64,000 nt of DNA, taken from positions 64,001 to 128,000 of the forward strand of contig CAYFHS010000007.1 in the NCBI GenBank assembly GCA_964342815.1, in the 5' to 3' direction. This DNA is from an uncultured archaeon. GTDB taxonomy: Archaea; Thermoplasmatota; Penumbrarchaeia; JASLWR01. Shown here in pieces: positions 16,015 through 26,518 of the stretch (the first letter of the stretch is position 1; each line of letters opens with the position of its first letter). The position numbers and the translations under genes are program-made. The notes under the pieces were generated by a model that was not told the DNA's origin, made no database searches, and saw nothing but the letters and a program-made list of their open reading frames with translations.

Positions 16015-18846
16015 CTAATTCGTCTTCCCTTCAAGTGCCTTCAGTATCTTTTCCGGCGTAATAGGCAGATCTTTGATCCATACCCCTGTTGCATCTTTGA
16101 TTGCATGGGCTACCGCTCCCAGTATGGGAACCGTGGCCCCTTCTCCTACCTCTTTCGCGCCGTATGGCCCCTCTTTCTCGTAAGAATCCACTATCCCGCT
16201 GAATATCTCAGGCGCGTCCTTGATGGTCATCAAAAGATACTCGTGTAGATTCGGATTAACAAGTTCACCATTGTCATTATAGACCATCTCCTCCATGAGA
16301 GCCTCGCCGGTGGTCATCACCACCGCTCCTTCAACCTGGCCGTGTACGGACATGGGATTTACCGGCGTGCCGCAATCGTGGAAATCCCAGAATTTCTTTA
16401 GGTCCACCTTGCCCGTGGAAAGATCGACCTTCAGCTCGCATATGGCAGTGCTGAATGAATACGCGGGAGATGTTCCAACCGTTGCTCCCTTGTAATCGCC
16501 GCCCAGACCCTCGGGGGGCTTGTACCACCCGGTCCCCATCAATGACGAATTGTCGTTGAAATATTTTCGCGCGGCCTCCGCCCATTCCATGGATTTGTTT
16601 TCGTCCTTTTCAGAAAAAATAAACCCTTCCGAGGCTTTCAAATCTTCACTGGGGCAGTCCAGGATCCGTGCCGCCACCGGGAATAATTTCGCTAGAACAT
16701 CTTCCGCCGCCCGCTTGACCGCGTTGCCACCCATAAGAGTTATTCGCGACGAGTAAGCACCGAGATCGATGGGGCTGATATCCGAATCCTCCGAGCGTAT
16801 CCGGACCCTGTCGGCCGGCAGCCCCAGAGCTTCCGCCGCTATCATGGGAAGTATAGTATCGGAACCCTGACCGATATCTGCGGCGCCAATGAAAAGAACT
16901 GCCTGGGTGCCGTCCTCGGAGATCTTGATAATGGCGTTTGCATGCGGAAAGATGGATTTCTTCTGGAAAGGCTCCCTTGGTTTTTGGGAATGCTGCTGCA
17001 CCTGTCCTCGATATATTGCATAACCCGCCCCTGAAACAAAACCACCGCTGGATAATCCGATGCCATGGCCTGCTGGTAGTTTATCATATTTTTCCGAGAA
17101 ACCCGATTCCGCCACCGCTTGGATTAGAGTGTCCTTGTATCGGCAGCTCTTGATGTCCAGGTCGTTGCATGTGTGATAATCCGCTTCCATTGAATTTATC
17201 CTTCGGACCTCCACCGGGTCCAGGGACAGCTCGTCACATATCATGTTCAACAGGCACTCGAAGGCAAAGCGGGGCTGCGGCGAGCCGTGTCCGCGAAATG
17301 CACCGCAGGCCGGTTTGTTCGTCATGACCCTTCGGCCGGTATATTTGTAGTTTGGAATCTTGTAGAGTGTGGGTATCATGCTCCCGGCATAGTAGACCGT
17401 CACGATCCCAAACGACGTATATGCACCCCCATCAAGAAAAATTGTACTTTCGAAGGCAGTGATCTCCCCGTTTCGCTTGACGCCCATTTTCATTTTGATG
17501 TACTGTTTATGCCTGCCCCGGTGATGCAGGAACATCTCTTTTCTTGTATAGACCATCTTCACAGGGCAGCCGGTCTCTTTAGACAGCACACAGCTGATGA
17601 GGTCCAGAGGTGTTGTCTCGGCCTTTCCCCCAAAGCCCCCTCCCACAGCTGGCCGTATAACCTTGATCTTCCCAAGCGGTATATCGAAAACGTTGGCCAG
17701 CATATAATGAACGTAGTGGGGCACCTGAGTTGCTGAATAGAGCACTAAAAGTCCGTCCTGCCAGTCGCTAATGGACGCATGCGGCTCAATGGGCGCCTGC
17801 TGGGTGAAGTTCCCCGTGAAACTTTCTTCCTTGATGTAGTCGGCTTCGGAAAATCCCTGCTCAACATTCCCGAAATGGTGGTCCACTCTCGTGTTTATGT
17901 TGTTGGGATATCGCTCATGCAGCAGAGGGGCCCCGTTTTCCATGGCCTCGTAAACGTCGAATACAGCTGGTAGTTCCTCGTAATCCACTTCAATGAGTTC
18001 AAGCGCCCTCTCGGCAGTCTCCTCGTCCACTGCTGCCACGGCGGCGACCTCATCTCCAATGTATCGCACGATATCCTTTGCAAGCACATACTCGTCATAT
18101 CGCGGAGGACTTACGCCGTACTGTCTGTCAGGAACGTCCATACCGGTGATCACAGCCTTTACCCCTGGCAGTGCTTCGGCCTTTGAGGTGTCTATTCTCA
18201 TTATCCGGCCGTGTGGGATGGGACTGTGAAGGATTTTTCCGTGTAACATTTTAGCTAATACGATATCACCTGTGTACTTCGCCCTGCCCGTAACTTTATC
18301 TCTTGCATCGTAACGTGGTAGACTCTTTCCCACTACCTTGTAATTGTCTAGGTCGTATTCTTTCGTCTCCGGTTCGTCCACATCTTCGTATTTCTTCCAG
18401 TTCTTAACCGCATCCAGTATTTTAACGTAACCGGTGCAGCGGCAGAGGTTGCCGCCAAGGGCTTCTTTGATTTTATCATCAGTAGGTTCGGTGTATTTAT
18501 CTGTAAGGGCTTTAGCACTCATAACCATACCTGGAGTGCAGTATCCGCATTGTATGGCGCCGCTGTGAACGAAAGATTTTTGCATGGGCGAGAGCTTCCC
18601 TTTCTCTTCAAGCCCTTCTATGGTGGTGATTCGTTTTCCTGCCATATTTGCGGCGAGCAGGAGACAGCTCGACAATTGCTCCCCGTCCACCAGCACTGTA
18701 CAGGCACCGCATACCCCGAGCCCGCATCCCTTCTTGGTACCGGTCAGGTCAAGTTTGTCCCTGATAACGTCCAATAGAGTGGTGTTTGGTTTTACGGCGA
18801 TTGTGCGCTCGTCCCCGTTCACGTTGAGGGTGATAAGCTCATACAA
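16015..18846 (-). CDS. Molybdenum hydroxylase (xanthine oxidase family): fused 2x[2Fe-2S] subunit and Mo-cofactor subunit, 4-hydroxybenzoyl-CoA reductase alpha (HcrA)-like
   Basis: CGLGVCGACTV and QCGYC...NLCRCTGY Fe-S motifs; VGGGFGGK, HRGR, GAFRGHG, GAADIGQGS, GAYSSR, GAKEVGEG. Confidence 0.85.
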   Translation of the reverse strand: MYELITLNVNGDERTIAVKPNTTLLDVIRDKLDLTGTKKGCGLGVCGACTVLVDGEQLSSCLLLAANMAGKRITTIEGLEEKGKLSPMQKSFVHSGAIQCGYCTPGMVMSAKALTDKYTEPTDDKIKEALGGNLCRCTGYVKILDAVKNWKKYEDVDEPETKEYDLDNYKVVGKSLPRYDARDKVTGRAKYTGDIVLAKMLHGKILHSPIPHGRIMRIDTSKAEALPGVKAVITGMDVPDRQYGVSPPRYDEYVLAKDIVRYIGDEVAAVAAVDEETAERALELIEVDYEELPAVFDVYEAMENGAPLLHERYPNNINTRVDHHFGNVEQGFSEADYIKEESFTGNFTQQAPIEPHASISDWQDGLLVLYSATQVPHYVHYMLANVFDIPLGKIKVIRPAVGGGFGGKAETTPLDLISCVLSKETGCPVKMVYTRKEMFLHHRGRHKQYIKMKMGVKRNGEITAFESTIFLDGGAYTSFGIVTVYYAGSMIPTLYKIPNYKYTGRRVMTNKPACGAFRGHGSPQPRFAFECLLNMICDELSLDPVEVRRINSMEADYHTCNDLDIKSCRYKDTLIQAVAESGFSEKYDKLPAGHGIGLSSGGFVSGAGYAIYRGQVQQHSQKPREPFQKKSIFPHANAIIKISEDGTQAVLFIGAADIGQGSDTILPMIAAEALGLPADRVRIRSEDSDISPIDLGAYSSRITLMGGNAVKRAAEDVLAKLFPVAARILDCPSEDLKASEGFIFSEKDENKSMEWAEAARKYFNDNSSLMGTGWYKPPEGLGGDYKGATVGTSPAYSFSTAICELKVDLSTGKVDLKKFWDFHDCGTPVNPMSVHGQVEGAVVMTTGEALMEEMVYNDNGELVNPNLHEYLLMTIKDAPEIFSGIVDSYEKEGPYGAKEVGEGATVPILGAVAHAIKDATGVWIKDLPITPEKILKALEGKTN

Positions 18847-19725
18847 TCAATCACCTCTCCCGGCAGCCCGCTCGAAGGCTTCCTTAAGTGACTTTTCGGT
18901 GAGAACGCGGATCAATTTTTTTCGGTATTCTCTGGAACCGCGGATGTCCGATATAGGTTTCGATTCGCCGCTGGCAGCCGCGGCCGCCTTGGAAAAGAGG
19001 TCCTCTGAAGCTACTTTGCCCGCCAGCATTTCGGACGCCCCCACAGCCACCATTGGTACCGGTGCAACAGCTCCCAAAACAATTCTTCCCTCTTCGATAG
19101 CGTTTCCATTCAGGGTGAGGCTCGATGCAACTGAAGCAACGGCAAGGGCATTTGCTCCACGCAGCTTGAATTTTTTATAACTTATTCCGGTATTATTGCC
19201 GACTGATGGGATCATCACATGACTCAGGATTTCTCCTTCCGCGATGACCGTTTTCCTCGGGCCGTAAAATAGATTTTTGAGGGGGACATTCCGTTCACTA
19301 TCCATACCGACGATGATGGCAGATGCTCCCGCGGCGATCAGAACGGGGGGAATGTCGGCAGAGGGGACTGCGCTGGCGATATTTCCTCCAATGGTCCCCT
19401 GGTTCCTGATCTGCTTTGATGCCATTGAGGAGGCGGCTTCGGAAAGAGCCTTCACCCACTGCCCGATAATTTCACTCTCAGCAACTTCATTTAACGATAC
19501 GCGTGCACCTATCCGAACCCCGTCACCAGTTACCTCGATTCCTCTCAATCCCGCTATTTTTGCCAGTGAAACCAGATGAGATGTTTCTATATTGTGCTGC
19601 TTTAAGTCCACCAGCAGATCGGTCCCGCCGGCGATTATCCTTGCCAAGCCGCCGAATTCCAGAAGCAGGCGGCAGGCCTCCTTGATATTACCCGGCTCAT
19701 GGATAATGAAATCGCGCATATTCAT
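18847..19725 (-). CDS. FAD-binding medium subunit (CoxM/XdhB-like) of the molybdenum hydroxylase
   Basis: IAGGTDL, QIRNQGTIGGNIASAVPSAD, KPISDIRGSREYR; directly upstream of the Mo subunit. Confidence 0.9.
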   Translation of the reverse strand: MNMRDFIIHEPGNIKEACRLLLEFGGLARIIAGGTDLLVDLKQHNIETSHLVSLAKIAGLRGIEVTGDGVRIGARVSLNEVAESEIIGQWVKALSEAASSMASKQIRNQGTIGGNIASAVPSADIPPVLIAAGASAIIVGMDSERNVPLKNLFYGPRKTVIAEGEILSHVMIPSVGNNTGISYKKFKLRGANALAVASVASSLTLNGNAIEEGRIVLGAVAPVPMVAVGASEMLAGKVASEDLFSKAAAAASGESKPISDIRGSREYRKKLIRVLTEKSLKEAFERAAGRGD

Positions 19726-20026
19726 ATGCTCAGCTCCTGTGAGATCAATCGGGGGATATGTATCAGCATAGATAAAACTTTTTTTTCAAACTATGATTTG
19801 CCACTCAGGAGAACTGGAAGGATTCATACAGTTTGGATATTCACATTAATCATACAATATGGGCCTACTGCTACTAGATGTAAGTCCGGATATGAAGATA
19901 CAATTATCATCAGTAGGTTTCACCTCTTGGAACTATGGGTTGTTATTGTGTATCACTCCTTATATACGATAAAATTCATATTCGTTATATGAGGGGGATT
20001 TACTGTCTAGGATATGGTGAATCCAA

Positions 20027-20422
20027 ATGAGTCAGACCGAGACAACAATCAACGTCAGAGAAAATATCGAGATCAAGGAACTAGCAATGGCCCAGCTGCT
20101 AGCCGATGATTACTGTCTAAAGATCATAACGGGCACCGCAAAGAAAAGTATGAGCGTCAAGGATATGGCTTTCACTTATTTCATACCCTTCGCAACATGC
20201 TACAAGAAGGTGGCCCAACTGGAGGCGATAGGGCTTATAAAAGAAGATGGAAAGGTTCTCAAGGGCAGCGGGAAGAAACATTCCGTTTACCGTTCAGCTC
20301 TTAAGAATCTCGAAGTCAATTACACGGGTAATAAGATCGTATTGAAAGTTGAGCTGGAAGGCGCCGGGTCGAAAAATATATCGCTGGACCTGGTAGACGG
20401 GTCCCTGGTTACGACTAAATAA
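20027..20422 (+). CDS. Archaeal ArsR-like winged-helix transcriptional regulator
   Basis: LLADDYCLKII...SVKDMA..YFIPFATCYKKVAQLEAIGLI HTH pattern plus wing; GGTGA RBS. Confidence 0.7.
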   Translation: MSQTETTINVRENIEIKELAMAQLLADDYCLKIITGTAKKSMSVKDMAFTYFIPFATCYKKVAQLEAIGLIKEDGKVLKGSGKKHSVYRSALKNLEVNYTGNKIVLKVELEGAGSKNISLDLVDGSLVTTK

Positions 20423-20500
20423 AAATATCCCGGGGAAGTTCCAACGAGTCCCATTATACTCCGGTTTCGCTTTAGACTATTCCAAATGAAATTGTTTTTT

Positions 20501-21448
20501 CTATCCCTGATGCTCAGCAAGCTCAGATCCCCTGATGAGAGAAACGATTGCTGAGTTGTAAGGAGCAGTTATCCCCTTGGCACTGCCGTATTCAACTATT
20601 TTTTCGTTTAAAAAACCGATCTCAGTGGGGCTTCCTCTTTCAAGGTCCACGTGCATGGATGTTTTATGATGCCCTGCTTTGTCAAGATAACCCATGCACA
20701 TTTCGAGAAAATCTTTATCGTATTCGATACCGTTGGCCCCGGCCACCTCGATTCCTTCCTGCAGTATCGCTTGAGCAAGTGACCTCGTTTCTTGGAGTTC
20801 CATCATCTGTTTCATTGTTCTTCTGGTTAGAGCGCAGACCGGGCTCAAAGCCGCGTTCAATATCGTTTTTGTCCACTCGTGTTTCTTGATCTCTCTCGTA
20901 AAGACGGTCTCGAGACCCGCTTCAGTGATAATCCTTGCAATTTCCCTTGCATTTTCATCCGCAGCAGAGTCAATCGTTCCAATGTAGTTGGGTGAATTGA
21001 AAAAAGAGATTTTAACGATCCCATTACCTGCCAGGTTTCCAGCGTAGTTGACTACAATACGTAATGTTTTTTCTTTTCCGAACACACCGGCAATGGCCTC
21101 TTCCGTGTCCAGACCGTTCTGGAGGCTTATTCCAAGAATTCCTGATGGCACGACCTGTTTGATAAGAGGAAGTATTCTCCCCATGATTGAAGCTTTTACT
21201 GAAATAAATACACCATGGAGTTCCCGCCCGGCCAGTTCATCGATTCCATTAAGGAGATTTTCTTTCGGGAAAGGGACCGTCATCTCCGCAACTCCGGTGA
21301 TCCTGAGACCATTTCTAGCAATCTCGTCAAGGTGATCCTTCAAGATATCCACCAGCACAATGCTGTGTCCGGCATTTGCCAGATGGGCGCCCATGATACC
21401 ACCAATTGGGCCTGCGCCGATTATGGCAAATTTCATCTTCTTATCCAT
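20501..21448 (-). CDS. Ketopantoate reductase (ApbA/PanE) family 2-oxoacid reductase
   Basis: IIGAGPIGG Rossmann motif, SLQNGL, WTKTILN, TSMHVDLERGSPTEI. Probable ATG at 21448 after a GGAGG RBS. Confidence 0.85.
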   Translation of the reverse strand: MDKKMKFAIIGAGPIGGIMGAHLANAGHSIVLVDILKDHLDEIARNGLRITGVAEMTVPFPKENLLNGIDELAGRELHGVFISVKASIMGRILPLIKQVVPSGILGISLQNGLDTEEAIAGVFGKEKTLRIVVNYAGNLAGNGIVKISFFNSPNYIGTIDSAADENAREIARIITEAGLETVFTREIKKHEWTKTILNAALSPVCALTRRTMKQMMELQETRSLAQAILQEGIEVAGANGIEYDKDFLEMCMGYLDKAGHHKTSMHVDLERGSPTEIGFLNEKIVEYGSAKGITAPYNSAIVSLIRGSELAEHQG

Positions 21449-21480
21449 GAATGCTGCCTCCTTTACAATAAATATTATTT

Positions 21481-23022
21481 TCAACAGAATTTTTCTCTGA
21501 GCTTTCGATGCAGTTTCTTTCCAGTCCCCGTCCTTGGCATCTCATCGGGATTAATAAAATATATTGATTTGGGTTTTTTGTATCCTGCCATCCTGCCTTT
21601 ACAGTGATTCTTGAGTTCCGCCTCTGTGACGGTGATGCCTTCCTTTGGGATAACCACGGCTACCACCTGCTCACCCCATTTTGGATCCGGAATTCCTATG
21701 ATAGCTGAGTCATAGACTGCTGGGTGGGTACATATTATATTCTCGACCTCCGTGGGATAAACGTGTTCCCCTCCGGTGATTATCATATTGTCTTTTCGGT
21801 CAACGATGTAGTAGTAACCGTCCTCGTCCCTTCTTGCAAGATCCCTTGCGGTAAAGAATTTTCCCGCAAAAGAGGCCGCCGTTTTCTCGGGTAGCTTCCA
21901 GTATTTATCGAATAGCATGGGCCCGTAGGAGTATAGCTCACCCACCTCGCCCGTTGGGACCGGTTTCCCGTCCTCATCCAGTAATTTCAGGATGGCCGTG
22001 GCTGAGGATTCTCTACCGATGGAACCCGTCTTGGTATACTGTTCCTCGGGAAACAGCGTCGTAACGATACCAGCCTCGGTGGAACCGTAACCCTCATACA
22101 ATTCCACTCCTCTGAAGAAATTCATGATCTCCCTTTTCATTTCAGGCGATACCGGTGCCGAAGAGCACAACAGCTTTTTAATGCTGGATACGTCAAATCC
22201 TTTAGCTTTTTCCGTTGGTGCATTGAGAATAATATTGTAGTGGGTGGGTATGAGCGAGATGAAATTTATCTTTTCACGTTCGATGATCTCAAGTATCTCG
22301 AGTGGCCTGAACGATCTAGCGGTGTGTATGTAAAAGGAGCCTCCCATGTAAGTAAAATTGAAAGTGAAGAAAGTGGAATTAACATGGCAAAGGGGCATTA
22401 TATTCAGACATATGTCGCCATGGCTGAAACCGAAATCGATGGCATTTATTAGGTAAAAAGCGATGTATGATTCATGGGATCGAACTACACCTTTTGGAAT
22501 TCCTGTGGTCCCGGAGGTGTAAAGCATTATCCAGGTGTCCTCCGGGGAAACATCGACCATCGGCAGGTCTGGTGACCCTGACCCCAAAAACTCATCATAA
22601 TCCTTCCATCCTTCCGCTGATTTACCGATTATGATCTTATTTTCTTCAGGCATGGAAAGTTCAGGAAGATTTGGTATAAATTCACTGTGCGAAAAAAGCG
22701 CTTTTGCCTCCGAATTCTCGAGAATGTACCCGATCTCGTTTCTGATCAGACGAAACATGATGGGCACTACTACTATCCCGTTACGGCAGGCAGCGAAGTA
22801 CAGCTCGCAAATTTCTATGCTGTTCTCCAGTAGCAGGGCTACTTTATCGCCCTTCTTCAAACCCAGCCCAAGCATGGCGTTGGCCAGCTTGTTTATCCGA
22901 ATGTCCACCTCGGGATATGTATATGACCGGTTAATATCCATCATGCAAACGGTATTGGGATATTTCTCCGCATTTACCGCGATCATCTCGCCCAGGTTCA
23001 GCCAATTCCCCGCCATGTTCAA
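21481..23022 (-). CDS. AMP-forming acyl-CoA synthetase (ANL family)
   Basis: YTSGTTGIPKG, YGSTE, DRKDNMIITGGEHVYP, PRTGTGK. Confidence 0.9.
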   Translation of the reverse strand: MNMAGNWLNLGEMIAVNAEKYPNTVCMMDINRSYTYPEVDIRINKLANAMLGLGLKKGDKVALLLENSIEICELYFAACRNGIVVVPIMFRLIRNEIGYILENSEAKALFSHSEFIPNLPELSMPEENKIIIGKSAEGWKDYDEFLGSGSPDLPMVDVSPEDTWIMLYTSGTTGIPKGVVRSHESYIAFYLINAIDFGFSHGDICLNIMPLCHVNSTFFTFNFTYMGGSFYIHTARSFRPLEILEIIEREKINFISLIPTHYNIILNAPTEKAKGFDVSSIKKLLCSSAPVSPEMKREIMNFFRGVELYEGYGSTEAGIVTTLFPEEQYTKTGSIGRESSATAILKLLDEDGKPVPTGEVGELYSYGPMLFDKYWKLPEKTAASFAGKFFTARDLARRDEDGYYYIVDRKDNMIITGGEHVYPTEVENIICTHPAVYDSAIIGIPDPKWGEQVVAVVIPKEGITVTEAELKNHCKGRMAGYKKPKSIYFINPDEMPRTGTGKKLHRKLREKFC

Positions 23023-25103
23023 TCCCCTATTCTTATCCTTGCATCCACAACTAAAGGTCTCCTTCCCGCTTCAAAAGCGAATATGGGATTCAAGTCCATT
23101 TCCACTATCAATGGCAGTTCGGTGACCATCATGGATACACGCTGGATTATTTCGATCAATTTTTCGATATCGACACCCGCTTGCCCCCTGAAACCGGAAA
23201 GTAAGGGGTAAAGCTTCAGCGAGGCAAGCATTTCTGCAGCTTCGACCTTGCTAAGGGGAGCAATGCCGAAAGATGCATCCTTTAGAAGCTCCACCAATAC
23301 TCCACCGGTCCCCGCCATAATAAGATGACCGAGTCTTTCTTCCCTTTTAGCCCCAACTATGACTTCCTTTCCCCCGGAGATAAATTTCTGAATGAAAAAT
23401 TTGAAACTCAGCTTGGAAAATTTAGCGGTCATTTCAATAAGAGTTGCGCGTAATGCATTCTCGTCTTCTATATTGACGGCAACACCCCCGACATCACTCT
23501 TGTGGACTATTTCTTCGGAATCTACCTTTACCACCACGGGGTACCCCACGGCTTCGGCCTCCTTAATCGCTTCATCAACATTTTCGGCTATACGCCATTG
23601 GGCAACTGAAATACCAAACGCTTCAAGCAATCCCATCACGTCGGACTGTGAGAGATATTTGTTTCTGTTCTTCGCGCGGATGATATCCTTGGCGTGGGCT
23701 CTGTTCACATCTTCGAATATATGAATCCCGCCCAGTTTTCTACCACGTATCTCACCGTATCTGGTAAGGGCTACCAGAGCTCTTGCCGCCGTCTCCGGGA
23801 AGCTGTAGCATGGTACGTTTCCTTCCTTTAGTATTCTCAGCGTCTCAAGCCACTGATGCTTGTCTGTCATTAGATTGCATACTATCGGTTTTTTCCCAAC
23901 CAGATTCACCTCTGCTATCTCACGCGCTATACTTTCGTTGTCAACGAAAAACGGCGTTACGAAATTAATGTACAAGCTGTCAATGGTCTCCTCATCCATC
24001 AGCACATCCATGGCCGCCCTGAAATGCCCCGCATTTGCCGTGGCTAGAACGTCGATGGGATTGTTAATGGATGCCGCCGAGTACAATTTCTCACTTAGTA
24101 CCGCTTCGGCCCTTTGTGAAAGTTGGGGTATTTTCAATCCCGCTTCCACCAGTTCGTCCGTGGCGATTATTGCAGGACCACCCGTATTCGTGATCATACC
24201 AACGGAATTACCCCGGGGAATAGGTTGAGTGGTGAAGGCCGCAGCCGCCTGGCACAGTTCCTCCTCGTCCCTGAAAACAAGTATTCCTGTCTTTTTGAAG
24301 ATCAGCTCGGTGGTGATCTCCATGCGAGCAAGACCCCCGGTATGTGACGATGCAGCCTTTGCCCCTTCCTCTGTTCGGCCCGCTTTCATACCCAGGACCG
24401 GTTTCTTGGCAGCTGCTTCTCTTGCCGCCTCCATAAACTTTCCGGGATCCGAAATACCCTCTACATAGAGGACTATGACACGGGTTTCATCATCGTTCCC
24501 CCAGTACTGTAGAATCTCAGGAATGGAAATGTCGCAAGCGTTTCCGTTGGAAGCGTACATCCTTACTCCTACACCCAGCTCGGAGAAACGCTGGTTTATC
24601 ACCTCGCCTACCCCCCCACTCTGGGCTACTATTGAGATACCCCCGACTTCGGGTTTTGTAAAAGTGAAATTGCAGTATGCTCTGACGAGAGGGTCTGTAT
24701 TGATTATACCCTGGCAGTTGGGACCGAAAACCCGGATACTATGTTCTCTCGCCTTTTTAACCACAAGTTCTTCCAGTTCGGCGCCCTTTCCGCCTATCTC
24801 CTTGAATCCTGCCGTGTTGATGATAACCGTTTTCACGTTCTTCTTGCCGCAGTCGTCAATTGCAAAGGGTACGAACTTATTTGGTATCACTATATGCGCC
24901 AGATCGATCTCGCCGGCTACATCACAAATATTGCCGTAGGCTTTTATCCCCCTCACATGATCTGCCTTTGGATTAATAGGGTAGATCGACCCCTTGTAAC
25001 CGAAATCCTGTAAATTTTTTATTATACGGTTGCCGATGGAAAGCTCTTTCGTGGAAGCGCCTATTATTGCCACCGATCTCGGTTTGAAAAGTGCGTCCAG
25101 CAT
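23019..25103 (-). CDS. ADP-forming acyl-CoA synthetase (ACD), fused alpha-beta
   Basis: CoA-binding N-terminus SVAIIGAS, FGPNCQG, phospho-His SSHTG, ATP-grasp HKSDVGGV, EMDLNP. Confidence 0.9.
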   Translation of the reverse strand: MLDALFKPRSVAIIGASTKELSIGNRIIKNLQDFGYKGSIYPINPKADHVRGIKAYGNICDVAGEIDLAHIVIPNKFVPFAIDDCGKKNVKTVIINTAGFKEIGGKGAELEELVVKKAREHSIRVFGPNCQGIINTDPLVRAYCNFTFTKPEVGGISIVAQSGGVGEVINQRFSELGVGVRMYASNGNACDISIPEILQYWGNDDETRVIVLYVEGISDPGKFMEAAREAAAKKPVLGMKAGRTEEGAKAASSHTGGLARMEITTELIFKKTGILVFRDEEELCQAAAAFTTQPIPRGNSVGMITNTGGPAIIATDELVEAGLKIPQLSQRAEAVLSEKLYSAASINNPIDVLATANAGHFRAAMDVLMDEETIDSLYINFVTPFFVDNESIAREIAEVNLVGKKPIVCNLMTDKHQWLETLRILKEGNVPCYSFPETAARALVALTRYGEIRGRKLGGIHIFEDVNRAHAKDIIRAKNRNKYLSQSDVMGLLEAFGISVAQWRIAENVDEAIKEAEAVGYPVVVKVDSEEIVHKSDVGGVAVNIEDENALRATLIEMTAKFSKLSFKFFIQKFISGGKEVIVGAKREERLGHLIMAGTGGVLVELLKDASFGIAPLSKVEAAEMLASLKLYPLLSGFRGQAGVDIEKLIEIIQRVSMMVTELPLIVEMDLNPIFAFEAGRRPLVVDARIRIGD

Positions 25104-25104
25104 A

Positions 25105-26352
25105 TCATTTCTTCTCCTCTAGCTGTTCTATAAAGGCTTCGATATTGGTTTTTAGCTGCTCGTCGGATACGCATCTCATATCATTCAGGTCCCCGTTTAT
25201 AACGAGTGATGGTATGCCGGTTTCCTCTTCGAGCCTCTGAGGCATGCCGTAGCGATTGTTCGAATTGTTCGGACAGGTCTTGGCATCGTGGTAAATTATA
25301 CCATCGATCCTGAAAAAATCGAGCATCTTTTTTATGTAATCTTCTTTAGCAGCATCCGAACGTACGATGAAAAGTTCCGTGTATGCTCTCGCCATGCTCT
25401 CGAATGGTTTCGAGGGATCGAAAGCGGTAAATATCCAGCTGTTGCAGTATGTGGATGCGACCACGCAGGCGTTATTTACTGAAAAAAGTTCTGAATTCGC
25501 CCTCAATCTTCCCCAGATGGGCATTCCTTCCCAGTAGAGCCGGAATCTCTCACCCTCCACAGCCGCTTCATTATTCTCCAACCTTTCATTCAATTCTCTC
25601 AATAACAATTTGTAATAATCCACTGCCATCTGCGTTCCCCTGAGGACCACTGCAGGGCCCATATGGATGGTCCCGTCGAAAAAGGTCCAGGGTGCTGGGA
25701 CCGCACTCGCGGTATCCAGAACATCTTTCCAGAGGTCCGAGCACTGGCGGGAAAGTGATAATACCCGTCTCAATTCCTCAATGTCGAAGCTGTTGCCCGA
25801 AATATCTTCAAGAGGTTCGATCATCGCTTTCATCTGACTTGCGATGGAATCAATATGTGCCTTTGTTACATCAGTAACCCCTCTGTGGGTGCTGATACCC
25901 AGGAGGGGAACGTTGTATTCTCTAGAATACCAGGACAACCAGTCCTTAACGTCACGACATTGGTTTGTGTTGTACGCCAGCACGTCGGGTTTGGGAACCG
26001 TTTCGATGCCCTTGTAGGCTCTGGCGAGAGGGGTAACACCCTTGACGTATGCTCCGACATCCGAGGTGAGATACGAACAGATTTCGGGAGAATAACCAAG
26101 GGCATTGGCATAGGGTATGAGATCCGCAGCCATGCGGGTTGCACCCAGCATCGCCCCGTGATTTTCTGGAAAATAGACAAGAAATCCTATGGCTCTCAGT
26201 AATTCTGCCGGACCCACGCTGGTACACCAAGCCACTTTCTGCCTATCGGTCTTCTGGGCTTCATCCAGCTCAAAGAAATACTCTGCCATGATACGGTTCA
26301 TTTCCCTAGTAGCCACGATCCTTTTTCGAATTATTTTTTTGTCTTCTGCCAT
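25105..26352 (-). CDS. 2-hydroxyacyl-CoA dehydratase alpha subunit (HadB/HgdA/BcrB family)
   Basis: WCTSVGPAEL, YFPENH, ICSY, NQCRDV..W, EGMPIW, HDAKTC, GDLND. Probable ATG at 26352 after a GAGGG RBS. Confidence 0.85.
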   Translation of the reverse strand: MAEDKKIIRKRIVATREMNRIMAEYFFELDEAQKTDRQKVAWCTSVGPAELLRAIGFLVYFPENHGAMLGATRMAADLIPYANALGYSPEICSYLTSDVGAYVKGVTPLARAYKGIETVPKPDVLAYNTNQCRDVKDWLSWYSREYNVPLLGISTHRGVTDVTKAHIDSIASQMKAMIEPLEDISGNSFDIEELRRVLSLSRQCSDLWKDVLDTASAVPAPWTFFDGTIHMGPAVVLRGTQMAVDYYKLLLRELNERLENNEAAVEGERFRLYWEGMPIWGRLRANSELFSVNNACVVASTYCNSWIFTAFDPSKPFESMARAYTELFIVRSDAAKEDYIKKMLDFFRIDGIIYHDAKTCPNNSNNRYGMPQRLEEETGIPSLVINGDLNDMRCVSDEQLKTNIEAFIEQLEEKK

Positions 26353-26518
26353 ATGATCCCTCTTTTGCAGATCGATCAATTATCCACGGTCGTGATAAAT
26401 TTCTTTATGTAGACAACCCCAAATTAAGGTAGACATTATTAATCTTTTTGTCATATATTGTCAATGGTGTGAACAGCGATAAAATGGGTCGTGAATAGGT
26501 AAATTCACCTCACCCTCG

